A program made the position numbers and the translations under genes. A DNA stretch of 64,000 nt from Octopus vulgaris (Eukaryota). Location: assembly GCA_951406725.2 (NCBI GenBank), contig OX597831.1:80166001-80230000 (forward strand). Direction: 5' to 3'. Below, one piece after another: positions 12,652-25,002 of this stretch. The notes beneath the pieces were generated by a model. That model saw only the letters and a program-made list of their open reading frames with translations, did no database searches and was not told the origin of the DNA. The first letter of the stretch is position 1; each line of letters opens with the position of its first letter.

Positions 12652-13393
12652 CAGTTCTATATTTAAGAGATGAGGTATTATGTACATTATTTACATTTGA
12701 CTGATATTTGTCTTCATTTTCTTTGCTGTCAACACAACGTTTCGGCTGATTGGCTTGGGGAAATTTCGATACTGGGTTCTCATTTTTCAATGTTATTTTT
12801 CGAACTCGGAATCTTGGGATTAGTAGCCTGCGCTCTTAACCACTACGCCATATGCCCGTGAGAAATATGAAGTGAATTTTAGGGCTTATAAATCTAATAT
12901 TTTCCAATCCTTCCTTAATACCAGTTCCCATATGCTACTCATATCTGCACTCGGTCTGCTTAGGAGGTCGTTGTGTCCAAGCATATGTGTTGCTTCTTTC
13001 AGTTTTCGCATTTTCCAGTGGAGTTCTCTGTCTATTATTTTAACTTCATCCCACAGGGGCAGGTGGTTTCCATTTTTCTATACATGATCAGCTATCCCCG
13101 ATTTATCCATATCTCCTCGTGTCACAGCTTTGTGATGTTCCTCTACCCTTATTTTGCGGGGGCGGCATGTTTTGCCTTTGTATAACCTACCACAGCTGCA
13201 TGGGATAGAGTACACCCAGGTTTTGGCCATATTCTCTTCTGTTGGTGGTTTTTACCCGATGGAGATATTTGCGAAGTGCTGTATTACTCTTGAACACTGT
13301 CCTGATGTCATATGGGCCGCATATGGAACCAATAAACAGTACACAGTCTGTCTACCCTACTTGAAAGGCCTCTTCGAAAAGACACAAAAGATA
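12652..13393 (-). mobile_element. 5'-truncated Penelope-like retroelement
   Basis: GIY-YIG remnant, 3' region with tRNA-like boxes and a half hammerhead, inverted 5' piece at 13325-13393. Confidence 0.85.
12905..13324 (-). pseudogene. Penelope-type GIY-YIG endonuclease remnant
   Basis: Minus-strand reading, with frameshifts and a stop: ICGPYDIRTVFKSNTALRKYL...VYSIPCSCGRLYKGKTCRP..IRVEEHHKAVTRGDMDKSGIADHV*KNGNHLPLWDEVKIIDRE..WKMRKLKEA. Confidence 0.85.
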
Positions 13394-13477
13394 CACACAC
13401 AGACACACATACACACACAAATATGCGCGTGTATATGAACATATGTGTGGGTTTGAATACATAAACATATAGACACA

Positions 13478-13790
13478 AGCGTAGCGTGTGTTAAGAAGCC
13501 TGGTTGCTAACCACATAGTTCCAGGTTCATTCCTTGGGCAAGTGTCTTCTACTATAGCCTCGGGCCGACCAAAGCCTTATGTGTGAATTTGGCAGACGGG
13601 AACCGAAAGAAGCTCGTCGTTTATACATATATATGTGTGTGTCTGTGTTTTTGTTTGTGTGTGTATATACTTGTGTTTGTGTTTGTACCCCCACCATCGC
13701 TTGACAACATATGTTCGCCTATTTACGCCCCCGTAACTTAGCGGTTCAGCTTAAGAGACCGATAGAATGAGTACTAGGCTTACAAAGAAT
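13478..13790 (+). mobile_element. SINE (CORE-like family), 3' truncated
   Basis: CCTTGGGCAAGTGTCTTCTACTATAGCC...CTTAGCGGTTC; a ~43-bp tandem duplication follows the break. Confidence 0.85.
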
Positions 13791-13971
13791 ACACCCATTT
13801 ATATATTATATATAAACAAGGCTTACAAAGAATACACTCATATATATTATATATAAATATTTATACGCATGTGCGTGAGCCTACGCGCATGCTTGTGCAC
13901 GTGGCCGTATCGGTGTTTCAGGAGCAGCAAAAAGCGAGTGTGTGTGCGTGTGTGTGTGTGTGTGTGTGTGA

Positions 13972-14076
<105 letters not shown>

Positions 14077-14735
14077 ATACGATAAAGTAACAAGATGATA
14101 AAAAGAAGAGAAGAGACTAAGCGGAAAAGGTAACTTGTAATGGGAGCCATGGATAGCGACGCTTTGAATGGCACAATGGTATGATGGTACGACAGGGGGT
14201 CAAAATGGGGAATTCCTGTAACTGCACTGTTGTTCGACGAAGCAAATTTGCGCGAGATCGATTCTAACAGGGACAGACATTGTTTTCAGTTGTAAAATTA
14301 AGTCTTAAACTTGTTAAAACTAATGACAAGTAATGGCGACTTAACGAGACAAATTCAAAGACGATAATGAAATCAAGGCTCTAAATTAACTCTTAACTTT
14401 TGCCTTAATTAATCCAATCAAGGTTTTATGCGAGTATGTCTATTTGCGTGCATGTATTTATATAGGTGTGTATCTGGAAATATATGTACGTATGTGGTAC
14501 GTGTTTATATTCGGGTGGGTACGTATATATGTGTGTGTGTGTGTGTGTGCGTGTGCATATGCATGTGTATGTAAAAGTGTGTATACTTATGTGTATGGAT
14601 TGATGTAATTCTGTATATGTATATATAGGTATGTATATATATATATATATATATATATGCGTGTGGATAAACTTCTCTCACTGTATATATATATGAGTGT
14701 GTGTATTTGTGTTTGTGGGTATGTATATATGTATG

Positions 14736-14900
<165 letters not shown>

Positions 14901-14976
14901 AGAGAGAAGGGACAAGGAGTGGGAGACTGAGGGAGAGAAATTGCATGTATTACTGTTCGGTATATGTATACATATG

Positions 14977-15032
<56 letters not shown>

Positions 15033-15039
15033 CGAGTGC

Positions 15040-15148
<109 letters not shown>

Positions 15149-15737
15149 CATTGCACAAACATATGCATGTGTTTACCGTGTGTTTATATGTATCGAGGCG
15201 TGCGCTTATGTGCTCGTCTGTGTATAAGTGTAAGTTAGATGACTCTGGAACGACGTTAATTGCACTTTAAATTCGTAATGTAATATAAATGAGTTTAATT
15301 CACACATTGTATTAACAGAGATTATATAACTTAATGTCTTGGAGTAAATGCAGTACCGCATATATGAACGTCTATCCATGGATAAATGCGATTGTATGGA
15401 TACGAAATTACAGCGTATGTGCAAGTGAACGAGTTTGTTAGTGTGTGTGTGTCTTTGTGAGAGTGTGTAAGTGTGTGAGAAAGAGAGGGAGAGAGAGAGA
15501 GAGGGTTGGAGGGAGACAGAAAGATGTCGGTTGGAGAGAGAGAGGCAAAAAGTAATTAGCGCACAAATTGTCGTTTATGCACTTTCGCTTGATCGAACCA
15601 GTGTTGTAATCTATTAACCAAGCTTGCGTTCAGACGCTCGAATTCTCCAGAGGTTAGTCTGGTGGTTACAGATAGGATATATACATATATATGCAAATAC
15701 ACAAGCGTATGCGTTTGCGCATGTGTGATATGTATGT

Positions 15738-15784
<47 letters not shown>

Positions 15785-15909
15785 AACGCACACAGATGTA
15801 TATTTATATTAATATCTCACTATTTTCCCACCCCCTCCCTACATCTCCTTTTTCTCTCTAAACCTTCCCACTTTCCCATATATATATATATATATACATA
15901 TACACACAC

Positions 15910-15988
<79 letters not shown>

Positions 15989-15991
<3 letters not shown>

Positions 15992-16335
15992 CGTCAAGTA
16001 TACTAGCTATCTCAATATGGCTAACCACTAAGGGTGGGTGTTACTGTAGCTTTTAGCCCCAGGAGATCATCGTCTCCAGCTGGCTTTAGGCACACTTTCT
16101 GTCTTATGGTATTTGCAAAGGGAGGTCATCCCTCTCTCGTTAACCTAAGTGTTACGCACGGACTGCAGTTTCTAGGTATTTGCCTGTCTTTGGCGTACGG
16201 CAATCACCGGTTTTCGATGAAGGGAGACCTGTTTGCAAATACTTATTTATTGTTTTTCCCAGCAAGCAATAATAAATCTCTGAACAAGATGTAAACAGTA
16301 ACTGCTCGACAACGTAAATTATACTAGCCATCTCT
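15989..16335 (-). mobile_element. ~320-bp monomer with terminal redundancy and a degenerate hammerhead (16155-16199)
   Basis: AACGT.AA.TATACTAGC.ATCTC occurs at both ends; homologous to the 17.2-17.6 kb and 56.0-56.2 kb hairpins. Confidence 0.65.
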
Positions 16336-16559
16336 GAACGAAGCGTTAGTCGAGTACAGAGCGGTAATAAGGAAAGTGATGAGAAAGGAATAACCTATGA
16401 GTCCAACACAACCTATAGCTGAAACGGCTGTAAGGTAATGACGTTCATAATATATTTGTTTATTCCTCTGTTATCTATTTTCTTATATATAGTTGTATAT
16501 ACATATACACATACATATAGTGCATTCTCTATTTCGAATAAACATGCTTATAATATATA

Positions 16560-17105
16560 TTGGGTTGTCCGGAAAGTTCGTGCCGATATTTAAAGGAAAG
16601 AAGAAGGTCAATAAATACTTGCCTTACATTTTCAATCAACCAAATATGAACCATTTTGTTGCACAATGCGTCTCCATCTTTCCTTTCACTTGCAAACGCC
16701 GTCTTCCCAGAATTGAGGTGGTTTCATGTCAAAAAATTCATCAAGGTATCTTTTTACAACATCCAAGGAATTGAAATTTTTACCATTCAGACTATTCTGC
16801 AGAGACCTGAATAAGTGGAAGGAGCAATATCTGGTGAATATTGATGGTGGGGTAACACATCTCAGCCGAGCTGCAGCAATTTTTGTCTGGTTCCCAAAGC
16901 ATCAAGTGCCGAAAATGAACTTTCGTATCTTCCATTTTAAAGGATTACTTAATTAACATAGGTTATAGGAACATAAATCTTCTTCCACGATAAGATAGCT
17001 TAAACTGTGCTCTAAATGGAGGTGTAGTCAAATCCTATTTTATGGACTCAACCACGTTCTACAATATAGGTCGAAAGGTAAACACGAACTTTCCGGGCAA
17101 CCCAA
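16560..17105 (-). mobile_element. Internally deleted mariner transposon
   Basis: TIRs TTGGGTTGTCCGGAAAGTTCGTG / CACGAACTTTCCGGGCAACCCAA with TA flanks; remnant VLPHHQYSPDIAP..FHLFRSLQNSLNGKNFNSL...WRRIVQQNGSY. Confidence 0.92.
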
Positions 17106-17145
17106 TATATATATATATATATACATACATATATATATATGTATA

Positions 17146-17178
<33 letters not shown>

Positions 17179-17182
<4 letters not shown>

Positions 17183-17604
17183 CATAAGGGACATCAGCCA
17201 TCTGAATGTGGCTAGGGACAGGGGCAGGGCGGTGGGGGTGTTACTGATGCATTTAGCCCCAGGCGATCATCAACGTCACCAGGAGGGCTGACACCATCAC
17301 GGTGTCCTCTAGCCTGCAAAGGGAGATCATTCCCCGAAGAAGCGGATGCCACATACGGACCTAGGTTTCAAGGTATTTAGGTCCGTATGTGGCATCCGCT
17401 TCTTCAGGGAATGATCTCCCTTTGCAGGCTAGAGGACACCATGATGGTGTCAGCCCTCCTGGTGACGTTGATGTTCGCCTGGGGCTAAATGCAACAGTAA
17501 CACCCCCACCGCCCCTGCCCTGTCCCTAGCCACATTCAGATGGCTGATGTCCCTTATGTTATGGAGCAGTTACTGTTTATATCTCGTTTAGAGAATTATT
17601 ATTG

Positions 17605-17605
<1 letters not shown>
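17179..17605. mobile_element. Fold-back palindrome (185-bp arms, 14-nt loop) of the 16-kb hammerhead family
   Basis: 17179-17363 vs 17378-17562 with about 5 differences; unpaired tail to 17605; (TA)n flanks. Confidence 0.9.
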
Positions 17606-17672
<67 letters not shown>

Positions 17673-17673
17673 G

Positions 17674-17733
<60 letters not shown>

Positions 17734-18170
17734 CAAAATATATACAAACACATACATGAACACTTACAACATGCACACATACACACGCGCGCGCACACAC
17801 AGAAATTTAATTTTATCGAGAAAGTATCCAGTCTTATTCTTTATTATATTTTCTCACATATATATATATATCATATTATATGATATTATATTCTATTTTC
17901 TCATCGGTAGATATAGACAGAGAGAGGAAGGGGTAGGGGAGAGAGAGTGTGTGTGTGCGTGTGTCAACAGGGGAGACCCAGATATTCTCAATATAGAAAA
18001 TACATAGTGGTGCTCAAATGATATGATCTTATACTCCGAAGACTTTATTGAGAATGAAATCTGCGGGTAGAAGACTAGCTAGAAGAAGAAACCACGTGAG
18101 TAGATATGGGGATAAGGCTGCAAATAAACGCCCCTCAGATTGATATATAAAATATACAAACATATACATA

Positions 18171-18567
18171 GAGTGGCTGTGTGGTAAGGAGCTTGCTAAC
18201 CAGCCACATGGTTCTGGGTTCAGTCCCACTGCATGGCATCTTGGGCAAGTGTCTTCTGCTATAGCCTCGGGTCGACCAATGCCTTGTGAGTGGATTTGGT
18301 AGACGGAAACTGAAAGAAGCCTGTCGTATATATGTATATATATATATATGTGTGTGTGTATATGTTTGTGTGTCTGTGTTTGTCCCTCTAGCATTGCTTG
18401 ACAACCGATGCTGATGCTGGTGTGTTTATGTCCCCGTCACTTAGCGGTTCGGCAAAAGGCTGGGCTTACAAAGAATAAGTACCGGGGTCGATTTGCTCGA
18501 CTAAAGGCGGTGCTCCAGCATGGCCGCAGTCAAATGACTGAAACAAGTAAAAGAGTAAAAGAGTAAA
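18171..18567 (+). mobile_element. SINE, full length (CORE-like family)
   Basis: Nearly identical to 53521-53912; (GTAAAAGA)n tail. Confidence 0.93.
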
Positions 18568-18982
18568 AGCGTATATATACATGTAAATATACATTGGGTA
18601 TATATATAGAGAGAAACAAAAAAAATGAAAATATTCACATGAACATTCATGTATAAACATGTAGATATTTATATATTTACATCACAAATTAACATGTAGT
18701 ACAACAACTAAGTGGCGAGGTCATTATACTTCGAGTCTGTCAGACATTTCTGGGGGAAAAGACTGGCATCTCTCCACCCTGAAGACTGAGGCCGCCTTTA
18801 CAGAATTCTTTATATTGCATACTCGTGAGGTTTTGCACATTCCATCTGCCAACATTACAAATATTATGTATGTCTAAACCACCAGAAACAGCTGTCGAAC
18901 TTTATATACCATGCTCTCTCCCCTTAGGTTTCCGTATTTTCTGCATTCCATGTAAATGTGTGTATGTATATATATATGTATG

Positions 18983-19033
<51 letters not shown>

Positions 19034-19038
19034 GTATG

Positions 19039-19100
<62 letters not shown>

Positions 19101-19156
19101 TATGTATATACACACACACACATTATATATAAGTACAAGCACGCGTATAAATATAA

Positions 19157-19212
<56 letters not shown>

Positions 19213-19524
19213 TACTTAATATCTATCATATACTTACGTATATATATATATGTATGTAGGTATGTATATATACATATAACTATATATGAATTTGTGTATT
19301 TATGTATTTACACATATCTACGCGTATGTATGTGTGTGCATGTGTACGTGCTTTAATTTTCATTATTCACTTATATATATATAAATGTATACGTACATAT
19401 ATACATACGTATATAGCGATAAGTTTTTGAACTTATCTAAAACAATCTTCGAGATACAAGCATACCCACACACACATGTAATATAATAATACATGTGAGA
19501 AATTATAATAAACGCAAAACACAA

Positions 19525-19566
<42 letters not shown>

Positions 19567-19629
19567 TGTGTGTGTGTGTACATCATTTGAACTAGTTTTA
19601 TAGTGACTGTGTGAGTGATAGAGACGCCG

Positions 19630-19658
19630 AGAAGGAGAAGAAGAAGAAGAAGAAGAAG

Positions 19659-19690
<32 letters not shown>

Positions 19691-19925
19691 CTACAGCAAC
19701 AACAACAACAACAACACGAAGTAGAAGAAAGAAGAATAACATCAACAGCAACAACAAGACGAAGTAGAAGAAGAAGAAGAACAACAACAACAACAAGAAG
19801 AAGAAGAACAACAACAACAAGACGAAGTAGAAGAAGAAGAAGAAGAAGAAGAAGAAGAAGAAGAACAACAACAACAACAACAAGAACAAGAACAAGAACA
19901 AGAACACGAAGTAGAAGAAGAAGAT
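19630..19925. repeat. (AAG)n/(AAC)n compound microsatellite with recurring ACGAAGTAGAAG
   Basis: Directly visible. Confidence 0.9.
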
Positions 19926-20191
19926 GAGGAGAGGGAGGGAGAGGAGAGGAGGGGGAAGAGGAGACAAAGAATGAATAAAGTTAGTAACGAGTTCTTTATG
20001 AAAGTGTACCCAGTGGCCTTTTCCCGCCTTCCACTGATAATATTAAGTGACTTAACTGTGACGTCAGAGACTCCAGCGCAGTTTTAACATAGTTTTTTCA
20101 TAATTAACATATTTAATTTCTACCGATAATTATTTTCATCAATAGACATAGACATTCTTCATATATATGTATGTATATATATAATGTATAC

Positions 20192-20278
<87 letters not shown>

Positions 20279-20503
20279 ATATAATATATATATATTATAT
20301 ATATTATATATATAATATATAATATATATAAAATATATATATATTATATATATTATATATATAATATATATATATATTATATACATGTGTATACATGTAT
20401 GTGTATATATATATATGCCTGTATGTATATATGTAAATGTGTATATATATATGTATATATATTATCTATATTATATGTTATATACATATATATTATATAT
20501 ATG

Positions 20504-20547
<44 letters not shown>

Positions 20548-20630
20548 CTTTACTACCCACAAGGAGCTAAACACAGAGGGAACAAACAAGGACAGACAAA
20601 GGGATTAAGTCGATATATGTGTATATATAT

Positions 20631-20664
<34 letters not shown>

Positions 20665-20791
20665 TTATATATGCGTGTGTGTATGTATGTATGAGTGTAT
20701 GTATATGTGTGTGCTTGGGTATATATTTAGATACATATATAAATATATATGCATAAATGTATATATTTATGTAAATATGTGTGTGTGTGGA

Positions 20792-21082
20792 GGCGCGTGG
20801 CTTAGTGGTGCGGGCATTCTGCTCACGATTGTAAGGTCGTGAGTTATGTCCTTGAACAAGACCATTTATTTCCCGCTACTCCAGTCCACTCAGCCGGTAA
20901 AAATGAGTAGTGGCTGCTCTTCTAAAGGGCCGGCCCCGTCACACTTTGTGTCACGCTGAAAATCACTGAGAACTACGTTACGTGGAGTTCACAGCCACTT
21001 TCACGTTAATTTCACGAGCGAATTATTCCCTGTGCCGTTCATCGTATCAGCTGGTACCCTCGTCGTCGTAACCGACGGAGTG
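20792..21082 (+). mobile_element. tRNA-derived SINE (head B + tail Y)
   Basis: A box TGGCTTAGTGG; body shared with 55701-56042; tail shared with 27436-27610. Confidence 0.8.
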
Positions 21083-21085
21083 AGA

Positions 21086-21144
<59 letters not shown>

Positions 21145-21414
21145 ACAGTATTTTGTGGCATAGAAAATCATAAATTTTTCTCTACGAATACTTTTTTCAC
21201 CCCTGAATATTTATAATTGTATATAAATTCATTAGTTACTATAATTTATTAGTTACTATAATTTATTAGTTTCTTTTGCATATTCTTAGTTTACGCATGT
21301 GTATGCAAATATACAATTGGTATATCCTATTTATGTTCATTAGAAATTAAATAAATAAATAATTTTGACATGTGCGAATATTTATTTCCCCCCACTGTAT
21401 GTATATATATATAT

Positions 21415-21746
21415 ATAGCAATTTAATAAATAAAACATATGCATACATACATACATATATGTACATACCTACATCTATATGTACATATACATGCATATAT
21501 GGGTACAGGACACCACAAATAAACGTAGAACACAACGTGTTTCACGCAATGAACCGAAACAGGGGCAGCTGAAGAAGGGGAATGTTCCTCGTGTTGTTTG
21601 TCTTGTACTCTGTTTTTTCGTTATTAAAAAAAGTCCGTTTCCTTGTTTTGTTTTTATGTTTTCGTTTCTCGTTGTGTTCTACGTTTATTTGTGCTGTCCT
21701 ATACCCATATATGCATGTATATATACATATAGATGTAGCTATGTAC

Positions 21747-21779
<33 letters not shown>

Positions 21780-21807
21780 TGCATATGTTTTATTTATTAA
21801 ATTGTTA
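21415..21807. mobile_element. pLTR-like element with inverted copy of its 3' end
   Basis: 21415-21537 is the reverse complement of 21671-21807. Confidence 0.75.
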
Positions 21808-21856
21808 TTATATGATTGAACGCACTTGTCTTCTTCAAAGTAAGTTTTTTATATAT

Positions 21857-21920
<64 letters not shown>

Positions 21921-21962
21921 CACCATGGGCATGAGTAAGTATTTCATTTATGTCTTACGTAC

Positions 21963-22023
21963 TTATCGCTGAAGAGGGGAAAATTCTTATGAATTAACCC
22001 CGAAATTGGAACCAATACGGTAA
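21963..22023 (+). ncRNA. Type I hammerhead ribozyme motif
   Basis: TTATCG-CTGAAGA-GGGG..AATTC/GAATT..CCCC-GAAA-TTGG-AA-CCAA-TA^CGGTAA. Confidence 0.85.
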
Positions 22024-22249
22024 TAACGGATGTTTTAGAAATTTCTATCGGTTTGTTTCGAGACGCATAAATTATAATGGTTATTGACAATTTTGTCTTT
22101 TTTCGGCATATTTGGCATTATAATTTTTCTTTTGCCATTATTTTGTAAATTATTTATATAAATATATATATATATATATCTGCAGCGGGTTTCTTTCAGT
22201 TTCCACCTACCAAATCCACTCACAAGGCTTTGTTTGCCACGTCTATATC

Positions 22250-22790
22250 TATTTGTAAATGTATGTTATTAAACAGTTTCATTTCAATATTTCTTACCAA
22301 TATTTCTAACCTACATCCAATGCTTCTTCATTGGACTTTCAGTATATGTGTATATGTGGTATATTTGGAGTCAGTGCATATGCAGATTTGTATGTATTGC
22401 TTTACGTATATATTCTCATGCCTCATGCTCATTGTTGTATGCCGAGTCAAGTGCGTGTATACTTGAATGCTAATATTCTGGAATGTTTTACATATATTTG
22501 CAGTTCCAATGATGACTTGAATGTATAATCTTCTAATTAGCTTTCTCCTTTCTGATTTCGTGCAGCCTAATTTTTTAAGATAGTTGCTTAAGCAGTTTGT
22601 TACATTTCCCAGAGCCCCATAATTACGGGGGTTTATCCGGTTAAAATAGCTGTAAATTTCTCAATATTTCAGCGTCGTTGTTCTCATTTTCCTTAATCTT
22701 TAGAGTCATGCGGACATTGGTTGGGCAGCTGATTTCCTCTATTGTACATAGTTACTATTTTCTGTCCCAAATCGCTATGTCTGGTCTATT
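22250..22790 (-). pseudogene. R4/Dong-like non-LTR retrotransposon 3' end (restriction-like endonuclease remnant)
   Basis: Minus strand EEISCPTNV..KIKENENNDAEILRNLQL..PVI.GALG..LKKLG..ERRKLIRRL..GTANICKTF. Confidence 0.75.
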
Positions 22791-23374
22791 ATGTTTACAT
22801 TTTATTGAGTTTGACAACATCTATCAAAAGATCTAGATCTAATGGGATTCCTGGTAGTTTTCCCTTTACCATCGAAGTCCTTGCTGCAGCGGATGACTGC
22901 AGAGTATTTATTGTACTGCAAGGGCCTTAGTCTTCTTATATTTTCAAGGCAATGTCACGTGACAACAGCAGTTCCAGGACTGAAACAATAAATCGCAAAA
23001 AGATGTATGTGTACACCTATAAATAGATAGGTGTATATAAACCTTTGCAAATACATGAATATCTATATACACATATATGTTAAATTAATTAAGCTTCATA
23101 CATAACAGTTTAAAATAACAGTTTGAAATATCAGTTGTATTTCAACATATATCACATGCGCATCACGGATCATATAGCATACACTTAAGCACCAGAAGAG
23201 AGTTTGTTCTCCTACAGCTGTCTGACACTGCTGAGAACCACACTTAAATTAGATGCTTACGAAGAAGTAACTATTTATGCTAAAAGACTACAGTCAACGT
23301 TTAACACTAAATGTTGTAAAACGATTAAAGATCTCAACGATGTTCAAGGTATCGAAAACATAGTGGCTCAGATT

Positions 23375-23415
<41 letters not shown>

Positions 23416-23499
23416 ACCTCACACACACACATACACACATACTCACACACACGCATGCCCGCAGATGCACAAGCGCACATGTATATGCATATATATATG

Positions 23500-23560
<61 letters not shown>

Positions 23561-23562
<2 letters not shown>

Positions 23563-23791
23563 CGGAGTAAACACATAAATGTGAAACAAGGTGGAAAAAA
23601 GAGTACTCAAACACCAGTCGTAGAGTAATATGCTTTATTTAAAGCAGCAGAAAATTCAACAAAAGCTGTTACTCTGAGTTTCACGTTGCCGTTCGTCGGA
23701 CAGTTTTAGCAAAAACTGTCCGACGAACGGCAACGTGAAACTCAGAGTAACAGCTTTTGTTGAATCTTCTGCTGCTTTAAATAAAGCATAT
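23561..23791. mobile_element. Fold-back pLTR-like element with two inverted hammerheads (23666-23703 minus, 23716-23753 plus)
   Basis: 80-bp arms 23628-23707 / 23712-23791 with 1 mismatch; CTGT-CCGACGA-ACG-GCAA-CGT-GAAA-CTCAGAG-TA^ACAG. Confidence 0.85.
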
Positions 23792-23802
23792 ATATATATA
23801 TA

Positions 23803-23841
<39 letters not shown>

Positions 23842-23842
<1 letters not shown>

Positions 23843-24141
23843 GACGTGCAATGACCCAGTGGTTAGAGCAGCGGACTCGCAGTCGTAGGATCGCGGTTTC
23901 GATTCCCAGAGCCGGCGTTGTGAATGTTTATTGAGCGAAAACACCTGAAAGCTCCACGAGGCTCCGGCAGTGGGTTAGGTGGTGATGCCTGCTGCACTCT
24001 TTCGCCACAACTTTCTCTCACTCTTTCTGCTGTTGGCCTCCTTGCTTAGCCAGCGGGGTGGCGTCATTTGAAGTCTAAAACAATGCGAAGCGCATTGTGA
24101 CCAGCGATGTGTAGCAATATCTGATAGCCTGGTCGGTCACG

Positions 24142-24145
<4 letters not shown>
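23842..24145 (+). mobile_element. tRNA-derived SINE (head A + tail X)
   Basis: A box TGACCCAGTGG and B box GGTTTCGATTCC; body shared with 27615-27745. Confidence 0.8.
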
Positions 24146-24204
<59 letters not shown>

Positions 24205-24215
24205 CTGTAAATATA

Positions 24216-24898
24216 GAGCAGTGACGTGGAACTGTAGTTCTGAGCTATAATGTTGCATATTATGAAATACAATCTACTCTACAGCATACCTTGAGTACCC
24301 GCTTCCTCGTTCGTTCGACCCACATTAACAGAGACTAAATATATGTATGTGTGTATATACACATACATATACTATATATATATGTAATTATATATATGTA
24401 TATACATACATGTATGTATATCCGTATATCTATAAATATATACATACATACATACATACATATTCATACATACATATTCATACATACATACATACATACA
24501 TACATACATACATACACACATACATACATACATACATTCATACATACATACATACATAGCTGCCCAGCGGACGTTAACAAAGCTGAAGATCAGTGAAAAA
24601 GGGAACACCTATGCTGAACTATTGAGAAATCTGCAGTTACTCCATACAGGTTATAAGTTCAGGTTTATACCTGTAATTATTAACCCACTACCTAAATACC
24701 AATCTTGAGAAATGAGGCTTCTCAGGCTTCTCAAAACCAGAAAGGCGAAAGCTGATTCGAAGACTACAGATCCAATCCATCACTGGAACTGTAAAAATCT
24801 GTAAAACTTTCGAGAAGTTTGTCATTTAAGTATATATGAGCATGTCTAGATGCATACATACATGCATACATACATACAAACAAACATACATACGTACA

Positions 24899-24932
<34 letters not shown>

Positions 24933-24968
24933 CATACATAATACATACATACATAATACATACATACA

Positions 24969-25002
<34 letters not shown>

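Noticed and set aside
16385-16440. ACCT-ATGAG...GAAACGGCTGTA-AGGT possible hammerhead relic
   Set aside because: The CTG of the core is missing and stem II is unconvincing
18875-18900. GAAACAGCTGTC palindromic stem III half-motif
   Set aside because: No upstream CUGANGA core is visible
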